A DNA stretch of 64,000 nt, taken from positions 12,624 through 76,623 of the forward strand of contig JAZQUH010000026.1 of assembly GCA_045631185.1 (NCBI GenBank), given 5' to 3'. The notes beneath the pieces are model-generated. The model ran no database searches and had not been told where the DNA came from. It worked only from the letters and a program-made list of their open reading frames with translations. A program made the translations under genes and the position numbers. This DNA is from Alphaproteobacteria bacterium. Lineage in GTDB: Bacteria > Pseudomonadota > Alphaproteobacteria > CAAHEQ01 > UBA3637. Positions 28,997 to 36,720 of the stretch are shown one piece after another; position 1 is the stretch's first letter; the number at the start of each line of letters is the position of its first letter.

Positions 28997-29591
28997 AACG
29001 CCACCCCAAATAAATCATATGTTGAATACCTTCAAAAGAAACATTTTGTTTTTCTGAATCTTTAAATTTTTTATCCCCAAGATCCACATAACGATACCCT
29101 AAATCCAAACTCATCCGGCGATTAAGAGCAAAACTCAAACCTCCCCCAACATTCCACGCCATACCAGAAATATCAGAGCTGATACCAGGATCGGCTTTGA
29201 TTGTTCCCGAGTAATGACCAAGTCCTAAATTAACAAAAGGCATTACAGAACGAGACATAGGAAGTTCATAATACAACTGTGCACTATACATTTTATTTTC
29301 AAACTGATAATCACTCAAATCCGCTTTCGTATTAAATGCAAATTCAGCAGCCAAACGTAATCCTCCAAATTTAGCTCCCAAAGCAATATCAGCATTTAAG
29401 CCAGAATCTTTATCTGAAGTTGGCTCATTTTTAAAAACAGGCGAACGTGGACCCGATTTACCCTCTGTGATATTCATTCCTGCCATAGCCCCCACATAAA
29501 AGCCACTAAGCTGACGTGGCGTATAAGCGTAAACCACAGAAGTAAAGGATAACGCACCCATAAAAACAAAGCTCAACAAATAACGCATCAC
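28986..29591 (-). CDS. small outer-membrane beta-barrel protein (OmpA-like / OMP_b-brl type)
   Basis: Signal peptide, alternating amphipathic strands, terminal ...YLGWRYVF. 11-nt overlap with the B1 start. Confidence 0.75.
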   Translation of the reverse strand: MMRYLLSFVFMGALSFTSVVYAYTPRQLSGFYVGAMAGMNITEGKSGPRSPVFKNEPTSDKDSGLNADIALGAKFGGLRLAAEFAFNTKADLSDYQFENKMYSAQLYYELPMSRSVMPFVNLGLGHYSGTIKADPGISSDISGMAWNVGGGLSFALNRRMSLDLGYRYVDLGDKKFKDSEKQNVSFEGIQHMIYLGWRYVF

Positions 29592-29622
29592 AACCTCCCC
29601 TTTTAAATGGATAGATGCGTAA

Positions 29623-29651
29623 ACTGTACCAACATTTTATGTTAGTGTCAA
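29623..29651 (-). promoter_or_regulatory. sigma70-like promoter (minus strand) TTGACA-N17-TACAGT for the OMP-B1 operon
   Basis: Reverse complement: TTGACA (29651-29646), 17 nt spacer, TACAGT (29628-29623). Confidence 0.5.
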
Positions 29652-29667
29652 GAAAAATTTATCAAAA

Positions 29668-31182
29668 TTATCCCAAAAACGGAAACAGTGGTTGCGGAAC
29701 CGTGATCTGTCCGGATGAAAGTTGTTTTACTTCAAACTGAGCTGTCGGCTTTTGATTGACAGCCATTGATTGCAAAATGGATTCAGAGGCCTTTGGCATC
29801 AACGGATACAAAGCAATCGCAATTAAACGCAAGGCATCCAATGTGGTATAAACAACCTGTTTAAAACGTTCCATTTGGGCGGGATCTTTGACCAAAACCC
29901 AAGGTTCGTTGTTGGCAAAATACGTGTTTAAAGCATTACTGGATTCCATCACCTTATTTGCCAATTCAATAGCTGTTTCCAAGGTAATGTCTTTTTTGTA
30001 AATGGATGTAAAATCCGATGCGATTTTTTGAAGCAACGCTTCATCATCTGAGGCCAAAGAAACATCAGCCGGAATAGAGCCTGCCAAGTTTTTATCAACC
30101 ATTTTTAACACACGCATTTGCAGGTTGCCCAAAGAATTGGCCAATTGCTTATAACCTTGCTTTAACAGACCGATACTGATGGGTGAATCGCTGGTCACGC
30201 CCATGTTGTTTATCAGGTAAAAACGCAACGGTTCAACACCCATGATATCAATCACCTCGTTCGGGTCAACCACATTACCCAAAGATTTGGACATTTTAAC
30301 ACCGCCTTCACCAATCCAATAACCATGTACAACACAATGTTTTACCGGATCAATACCGATGGCCTTTAGCATAATCGGCCAATACACACAGTGCGGTTTC
30401 AAGATATCTTTGGCCAATAAATGGTACGAATTTTGCCAATATGAATTAAAGTCAGCATTTTCACCCCATTTCAAAATGGAAATATAGTTGATTAAAGCAT
30501 CAAACCAGATATAGGTCACAAAATCCGAATCAAACGGCAATTCAATACCTAACCAAACACGATTTTTGGGACGGGAAATACACAAATCATCCAAAGGTTC
30601 TTCCAACATACCCAAAACTTCTTTGGCATAATTGGCCGGCGTAATCCAATCCGGATGAGAAATAATATAGTCCTTTAACCATTGACGATGGGGTTCCAAA
30701 CGGAAAAAGTAGTTTTCTTCGGAAACAACCTTAGGTGCCTTTTTATGATCCGGACACAAACCATTTTCATCCAAATCCGTTTTCTTTTTGAATTGTTCAC
30801 AACCTTCACAATACAAACCTTCATAGGATTTTTTAATAATCAAACCACGATCATATAAATCCTGTAAAACACGACGGACAACGTTTTTATGATCATCACA
30901 GGATGTACGAATAAAGTGGTCATAATTTAAATCCATCCGATCAAACAAATCTTTAAACAACTGACTTTGTTGAGCCAAAAAAGTATCAATCGGCAAACCG
31001 GAGGCTTCACATGAATGTTGGTTTTTTTGACCGTGTTCATCCGTACCGGTGGAAAAAAAGACTTCATTACCCTTCATTTGTTCAAACTTTTTAAAAACAT
31101 CCGCCAAAATCGTGGTATAGGCATGACCGATATGCGGAGCGCCGTTTGTATAATAAATAGGTGTGGTAATATATTTTTTCAT
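29668..31182 (-). CDS. metG: methionine--tRNA ligase (short form without the C-terminal tRNA-binding domain)
   Basis: HIGHAYT and KMSKS motifs. Start placed at MKKYITTPIYY (ATG 31182), which follows an AAAGGA Shine-Dalgarno. Confidence 0.92.
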   Translation of the reverse strand: MKKYITTPIYYTNGAPHIGHAYTTILADVFKKFEQMKGNEVFFSTGTDEHGQKNQHSCEASGLPIDTFLAQQSQLFKDLFDRMDLNYDHFIRTSCDDHKNVVRRVLQDLYDRGLIIKKSYEGLYCEGCEQFKKKTDLDENGLCPDHKKAPKVVSEENYFFRLEPHRQWLKDYIISHPDWITPANYAKEVLGMLEEPLDDLCISRPKNRVWLGIELPFDSDFVTYIWFDALINYISILKWGENADFNSYWQNSYHLLAKDILKPHCVYWPIMLKAIGIDPVKHCVVHGYWIGEGGVKMSKSLGNVVDPNEVIDIMGVEPLRFYLINNMGVTSDSPISIGLLKQGYKQLANSLGNLQMRVLKMVDKNLAGSIPADVSLASDDEALLQKIASDFTSIYKKDITLETAIELANKVMESSNALNTYFANNEPWVLVKDPAQMERFKQVVYTTLDALRLIAIALYPLMPKASESILQSMAVNQKPTAQFEVKQLSSGQITVPQPLFPFLG

Positions 31183-31260
31183 TGCTTGAAATCCTTTCAA
31201 AAAAATTTGCATAAATAATACCAATTTTCCCCCAAAAAATCAAGATTATTATTGCAAGAA

Positions 31261-31287
31261 TAAAAAAAGCCCCAAAAAAATGGGGCT
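31261..31287 (-). terminator. rho-independent terminator (minus strand) after the GDYXXLXY gene
   Basis: AGCCCCA-N6-TGGGGCT stem-loop followed on the minus strand by TTTTTTTATT. Confidence 0.7.
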
Positions 31288-31312
31288 AATATTATTCAAA
31301 AAACAAGAAGTA

Positions 31313-32182
31313 CTAGTTACAAATTACGCCACCAGCCCAGGCATAACCATCACCACGAACCATTTTTTGAATAGCACATTCTTGGCCCATATGAACAACA
31401 GTTAATCCTTCTGTCCAATATTGTTGGTCTGGATTTGCCTTTGGCAAAAATGCAAATTGAAGACAGTTCTGTTCAATTTCATAGGCTGGCACCAATTTTT
31501 TTCCAATACTGGCACACCATGACTTTGCGGAATCATACGATAAATATCCCCAATTACAGTTTCCAGGATTATCACGATCCTCTTGACTTTCAAATGCTTC
31601 ACGACACCAAGATTTTAAATCGTTCGGCTTATTATAGAAAAATTCTATACCGTTTAAAACAATCTTTTCTGGGTTCGTTTTTTCACATTTATTGGGCGTA
31701 TGCATTCCATTTGAATTACAAAAATAACCACTATTTATACCACCACAATCACTTTGACTGTAACAAGTTTTATTCTTATAAGTCGGATTTTTTATAAATT
31801 CTTCCCAAAGCTGACCTTCTATTAACAATTCCTTTGCCACCGAACGAAAACCTTTTTGATAGGCAAAAATGACCGATGTTTCAAAATTATTATTAATAAA
31901 ACGCTCTAATTCACGGGCTTTATTTTCCGGCACATAGAAACGAGTTGCATTCCTGAAATCAGACATAGGACATACCCCATTCCAACCAGCCTGATAACAA
32001 TTTGCTTTTGACCAATCAATTCGAAAATCAATATAATGGCCTGAAAGTAAATTGCGCGGATCATAACCTGTTATCGGTAAAACAACTTCTGTTGCATTTT
32101 TCACGAAATAAGCATAATACATCGCCCAACAACACATCCCGATAAAAGGGATAAACAGAAAAAGTGTTTTAATTCTATTCAT
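31313..32182 (-). CDS. GDYXXLXY-domain protein fused to a cysteine-rich lectin-like C-terminal module
   Basis: N-terminal TM helix, then PITGYDPRNLLSGHYIDFRIDW (GDYXXLXY-type motif). The C-terminal 150 aa (CYSQSDCGG...SYDSAKSWCASIGKKLVPAYEIE...YWTEGL...GGVICN) resemble modules in A1 and B3. Confidence 0.7.
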   Translation of the reverse strand: MNRIKTLFLFIPFIGMCCWAMYYAYFVKNATEVVLPITGYDPRNLLSGHYIDFRIDWSKANCYQAGWNGVCPMSDFRNATRFYVPENKARELERFINNNFETSVIFAYQKGFRSVAKELLIEGQLWEEFIKNPTYKNKTCYSQSDCGGINSGYFCNSNGMHTPNKCEKTNPEKIVLNGIEFFYNKPNDLKSWCREAFESQEDRDNPGNCNWGYLSYDSAKSWCASIGKKLVPAYEIEQNCLQFAFLPKANPDQQYWTEGLTVVHMGQECAIQKMVRGDGYAWAGGVICN

Positions 32183-33128
32183 GTTTGATAAATCCTCTGA
32201 TGAACTCTTGAATCTGCTTGAAATAATAAGTATACAATCCCACCCCTGTCAACAAAATTGTTCCGAATACAATTAACATGATGCCGATACTTGTCAAATT
32301 ATAGTAAGCATTCCAGAATAACAAGAAAATACGCCACGCAGCAAATATAAACAAATAATTATAATAACGCACAACACCATCTTCTGTCTTAGGCGTATTT
32401 AAGGCAAAAATCAAAAATAAAGTTGTTGTTATCACACCAACGATTCCTGCACCAGAATTAACAGAAATATCACCAACGTACAAAAAGAAAACAGATGCAA
32501 TAAATGCTAAATCACGTATAAATTTAGCTCTTCTACCATTAAAAAAGTGACTGGTCATCATTACAATAAATAAAATTCCCACCACGGTCATATAGTTCAT
32601 ATCCCAAATGATATCCCAAATGGAAAAGCCTAATAAACCAACAGAACACAATGGTAGTAATTTATATTTTGTAAAGAAAGTTAACGGAAGTGAAAGTCCC
32701 CACCAAGCCATACTTCCTTCTTGCCATGAAAGACTTAGATGGTAACTTTGTTGTACCAACGCAATATTACCACCAACCAATAAGAATGAAATAAACAAGA
32801 ACGCTTCCATCCACAAAGGTTTTTCATTTTTTTGAAAATATGTGGTGGTTACCAATGACGCAACCAAAAACGCCAAACCAGCCCCAACTTTTAAAATCGC
32901 AGGGATTAGAGCCCAATTAGCAGCAATAATCAAACCTAAACCAGCTAAGATACTAAAAATACCCAATAAAACAATCGAAAATAAAATACGCTTTTTGATT
33001 TTTTCAAAATCTGGCTCTTCTGCTTTTGTATTTTTTTTCGATGTTATTTTTTTCATCGCCATAGAATATTCACGTTCTGTCAATATCCCTTTTTTCTTCA
33101 TACGAATTAAATCTTGTTGTGTTGTCAT
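32175..33128 (-). CDS. DUF2157-like polytopic membrane protein
   Basis: N-terminal soluble SHOCT-like segment (LIRMKKKGILTEREY), then about 9 TM helices. Gene pairing with a GDYXXLXY protein is typical. Confidence 0.6.
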   Translation of the reverse strand: MTTQQDLIRMKKKGILTEREYSMAMKKITSKKNTKAEEPDFEKIKKRILFSIVLLGIFSILAGLGLIIAANWALIPAILKVGAGLAFLVASLVTTTYFQKNEKPLWMEAFLFISFLLVGGNIALVQQSYHLSLSWQEGSMAWWGLSLPLTFFTKYKLLPLCSVGLLGFSIWDIIWDMNYMTVVGILFIVMMTSHFFNGRRAKFIRDLAFIASVFFLYVGDISVNSGAGIVGVITTTLFLIFALNTPKTEDGVVRYYNYLFIFAAWRIFLLFWNAYYNLTSIGIMLIVFGTILLTGVGLYTYYFKQIQEFIRGFIKHE

Positions 33129-33157
33129 TTTGTCTCCTTTTGTTTACAAGATACTTC

Positions 33158-33187
33158 ATACTATCATACACAATTAAACAGTGTCAA
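33158..33187 (-). promoter_or_regulatory. sigma70-like promoter (minus strand) TTGACA-N18-TAGTAT
   Basis: Reverse complement: TTGACA (33187-33182), 18 nt spacer, TAGTAT (33163-33158). Confidence 0.45.
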
Positions 33188-33190
33188 GAA

Positions 33191-36100
33191 TTATTTTATT
33201 TTTCCTTCTTCTAATAACTTCTTAGCTGTTTGATAATCAAACTTACCGGTTCCCAAAACTGGTGGATTCTTCATATAAATAACATTTTTTGGAATCCACA
33301 ATTCACTAAATCCTTTTTCTTTAAAGAATTTCCTAAGTTCAACCACAGAAGGTTTTGCACGATTTGTAATCAGAATTAACTGTTCGCCTTTTTTTTCATC
33401 CGGTTCTGTTATAATTCCCTGAACAGCCCCCGAATAAAGTTGATCTACAGCTTGTTCAACCGAAGTTAAAGAGACCATTTCTCCTGCAATTTTTGCAAAA
33501 CGTTTGGCCCTGCCTTGAATAGAAATAAAGCCATCTTCATCAATGCTAACAATGTCGCCGGTATCATACCAATGGTCCTTTGCGGGCTGCAATTTACCAG
33601 GCTTATCTGCTTTCATATAACCCAACATAACATTATCCCCTTGAACCCATAATTGCCCCCCATTCTCAACACCAACAACAGGTTTTATTTTATAATTTAT
33701 ATGGGGTACAAAACGTCCTACTGTTCCCATTTTTATATTCATGGGTGTATTAAGAGATAAAACAGGAGCTGTTTCAGTAGAACCATAACCTTCCAAAATA
33801 CGAACACCAAACTTTTTCATCCATAAATCTGCTGTTGTTTCCTTTAGTTTTTCTCCGCCAACGACCGCATATTTCATATTAAAGAAATCATAAGGATGCC
33901 CCATACGACCATATCCAAAGAAGAAAGTATCTGTACCACATACGATTGTTGCGTTAGTATCATAAACAAGTTCCGGCACAATGCGATAATGAAGTGGTGA
34001 GGGATAAAAGAAAGTTTTAATTCCCGACAAAAGTGGAATTACAGTCCCAACCGACAATCCGAAAGAATGAAACATCGGTAATGCATTAAAAAATACATCA
34101 GACGAATTAAAGGCCATAATGCTGGTAATCTGATAACGATTAGCCTGTAAATTTTTATGTGAAAGTAAAACAGCCTTTGGCATCCCTTCTGAGCCAGACG
34201 TAAAAAGGACAACCGCTGGTTTATCCGCTGAATTTTTAGATTTATATTCATTTAAATATCTGGTAAAACCTTTTATTTTGTCAAACAAAGAAATATGTTT
34301 TGAAAAATCTTCCAAATAAACAACCTTTGTTCCATTTTCGCAAATTGATTTTTCTACTTCTTCCAAATGTCCTAAATGAATAAAAAGCTTTGAAGTAATT
34401 ACTGTTTTTACTTTAACAGTATTTATACAAGAAACAATTTGTTGAATTCCTTGTGAAAAATTCAACATAACCGGAACTTTATCCACAGACTGTAACGCAA
34501 AGAAACTGACCACATTTGCCAATCCATTTGGCAACATTAAAGCAACATATTCTTCACTAAATGCTGATTCATAAGCCTTTCCCAACACATATGCTTTTTT
34601 TAGCAAGTTTTTATAGGTTAAAGGTTTACGAGAAATATCTTCAGCAATTTTTTGTTCCCAACCATACAATTCAGCCGATTTTAATAATGAATTAAACAAG
34701 TGCTCATTAATATTAGATGTTTCATACATCATATTTGCCATCAAATCATATAATTGCATAGAGATATAATGTCTTTGATCGCGTCCAACAACACCTTCAG
34801 GAATCGTGAATTTTCTGGGTGGCAAAATAGTCATACTGATTTTGGGAAAAGTCCTGGTTTTAAGCTTATTTTTCAAATATGAAAATTTACTGAACTGGGC
34901 ACCACTAATACGCACAGGTACAATTTTAGCATCAGCCTTTTGTGCCACAACACCAGCCCCTTCATACACTTTCATCAATCCACCCGTCACACTGATACGT
35001 CCCTCTGGAAAAATCATAACCTTTTTATTTTTCTTGACCTCGTTTATCAAAGAACGAATAGCCATCGGATTAGTGGGATCTAACGGATATAAATCGACCA
35101 ACAATCCGAACGGTTTAATAAACCATTTTTTTGCCCAATCCGTATTAATGGCAAAGGTTACTCTGTCTGGCATAAATGTAGCAATCAACAAACCATCCAA
35201 CAGCGAGGTATGATTTGCAACCAATAAAACACGTTGACCAGCCTTTTTAAAATTCTTAATACCTTCCAAATGAACCCGAAAGAAAAGACCGAATATCCCC
35301 TGTAAAACAGAACGAAGCAGTGCGTCCGGTAACAATTTACAAATATAAAAAAACACACCTATACTAGCAATTGCAACCAATAAAAACAGTTGTGGTATTG
35401 TCAAACCTATTGAGAGCAAAAAAATTGCCAAAATAGAAATACCCGCCATACCAGCTGCATTCAAAATATTATTACCCCCTATTACCGTAGCAGTATACGC
35501 TTTAGGTGCTTTAGCCTGCATTAAGGCGTTAAGAGGAACAATATACAATCCACCGAAAAAGGCCAAGAAAAACAGGGATAAACTAATCCCAAAAGCGCTT
35601 GGTCTTTCAAAAAAGAAATCTGACAATCCGACAACATCACCAAATACAGGGTAATTATTTGTTAAAGCATATAACATATAAAAACAAAAACCAATACCCA
35701 ATGCCGAGATGGGAACATAAGTTGTGTGAACTACTTCTTTCATTAATCTTTCACAAGTTAAAGAGCCAAATGCCACACCGACAGAAAATAAAATTAAGAA
35801 AAATGTAATAACTGTATTGGATACATGTAAAATATTACCTGATAAGGGATAAATCTGAACCGCTATAAATGCGCCTATTGTCCAGAACCAAGTTGCACCC
35901 AAAATAGAACGAAAAACAATCTTATTTTTGTATATAAAAGAGAGGTTTTCCTTGATTGCTTTGAAAATATTTTTTGAAACAACTGCTTTGGGACGGGCTG
36001 GTTTTGCCTCAGGGATATACCAAGCAGAAGTTGCCCCAACAACAGCCAAACCAATCAAAAGTAAAATTGAACATTCAATCGGTAAAAGCGTTCCAATAAT

Positions 36101-36565
36101 CAAACCCAACAAAATTGCCACATAGGTAGACGCTTCCACATAGGCATTACCAGCCACCAATTCAGAAGGTTTTAACTGTTGCGGTAATAGAGAGTATTTA
36201 ACAGGTCCAAAAAAGGCGGATTGCGCACCCATTAAAGCCAATAAAACAATTAACCATTGTAAACTTTGAAAGATATAAACAACAGCAACACCTAACATTA
36301 AAATAATCTCAATCACTTTTAACGTGCGCGCCACGCGAGATCGATCATATTTATCAGATATTTCACCCGCAGTTGCAGAGAACAAAAAAAATGGAATAAT
36401 AAAAAGAGCTGCAATAACATTAGACAAAACGTCTGCCTTTTCAGCCATACGCAAAGTCACCAGCATTAACAAGGCATTTTTAAACAGATTATCGTTTAAC
36501 GCCCCAAAAAATTGAGTAAGTAATAACGGTAAAAAACGTCTGGATTTTAAAAGGTTATCAGTCAT
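33191..36565 (-). CDS. aas: fused lysophospholipid transporter (MFS) / acyl-ACP-phospholipid O-acyltransferase / acyl-ACP synthetase (LplT-Aas type)
   Basis: About 12 N-terminal TM helices, PlsC motif ANHTSLLDG, AMP-binding motif LFTSGSEGMPKAV. 1124 aa. Confidence 0.85.
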   Translation of the reverse strand: MTDNLLKSRRFLPLLLTQFFGALNDNLFKNALLMLVTLRMAEKADVLSNVIAALFIIPFFLFSATAGEISDKYDRSRVARTLKVIEIILMLGVAVVYIFQSLQWLIVLLALMGAQSAFFGPVKYSLLPQQLKPSELVAGNAYVEASTYVAILLGLIIGTLLPIECSILLLIGLAVVGATSAWYIPEAKPARPKAVVSKNIFKAIKENLSFIYKNKIVFRSILGATWFWTIGAFIAVQIYPLSGNILHVSNTVITFFLILFSVGVAFGSLTCERLMKEVVHTTYVPISALGIGFCFYMLYALTNNYPVFGDVVGLSDFFFERPSAFGISLSLFFLAFFGGLYIVPLNALMQAKAPKAYTATVIGGNNILNAAGMAGISILAIFLLSIGLTIPQLFLLVAIASIGVFFYICKLLPDALLRSVLQGIFGLFFRVHLEGIKNFKKAGQRVLLVANHTSLLDGLLIATFMPDRVTFAINTDWAKKWFIKPFGLLVDLYPLDPTNPMAIRSLINEVKKNKKVMIFPEGRISVTGGLMKVYEGAGVVAQKADAKIVPVRISGAQFSKFSYLKNKLKTRTFPKISMTILPPRKFTIPEGVVGRDQRHYISMQLYDLMANMMYETSNINEHLFNSLLKSAELYGWEQKIAEDISRKPLTYKNLLKKAYVLGKAYESAFSEEYVALMLPNGLANVVSFFALQSVDKVPVMLNFSQGIQQIVSCINTVKVKTVITSKLFIHLGHLEEVEKSICENGTKVVYLEDFSKHISLFDKIKGFTRYLNEYKSKNSADKPAVVLFTSGSEGMPKAVLLSHKNLQANRYQITSIMAFNSSDVFFNALPMFHSFGLSVGTVIPLLSGIKTFFYPSPLHYRIVPELVYDTNATIVCGTDTFFFGYGRMGHPYDFFNMKYAVVGGEKLKETTADLWMKKFGVRILEGYGSTETAPVLSLNTPMNIKMGTVGRFVPHINYKIKPVVGVENGGQLWVQGDNVMLGYMKADKPGKLQPAKDHWYDTGDIVSIDEDGFISIQGRAKRFAKIAGEMVSLTSVEQAVDQLYSGAVQGIITEPDEKKGEQLILITNRAKPSVVELRKFFKEKGFSELWIPKNVIYMKNPPVLGTGKFDYQTAKKLLEEGKIK

Positions 36566-36645
36566 GTAATATCTCCATATACTAAGTGAACGATTTTAAT
36601 CATAAATTAAAATTTTATAAAAATCAACAAGAATTAATATTTTAC

Positions 36646-36674
36646 TTGACAAAAACAAAAATCACTTGCAGAAT
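36646..36674 (+). promoter_or_regulatory. possible sigma70-like promoter TTGACA-N17-CAGAAT for A3
   Basis: TTGACA 36646-36651, 17 nt spacer, CAGAAT 36669-36674. Confidence 0.35.
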
Positions 36675-36720
36675 AAAATGAATAAGAATTATCGTGCAAA
36701 GAACATAAAAAGGGGTTATA

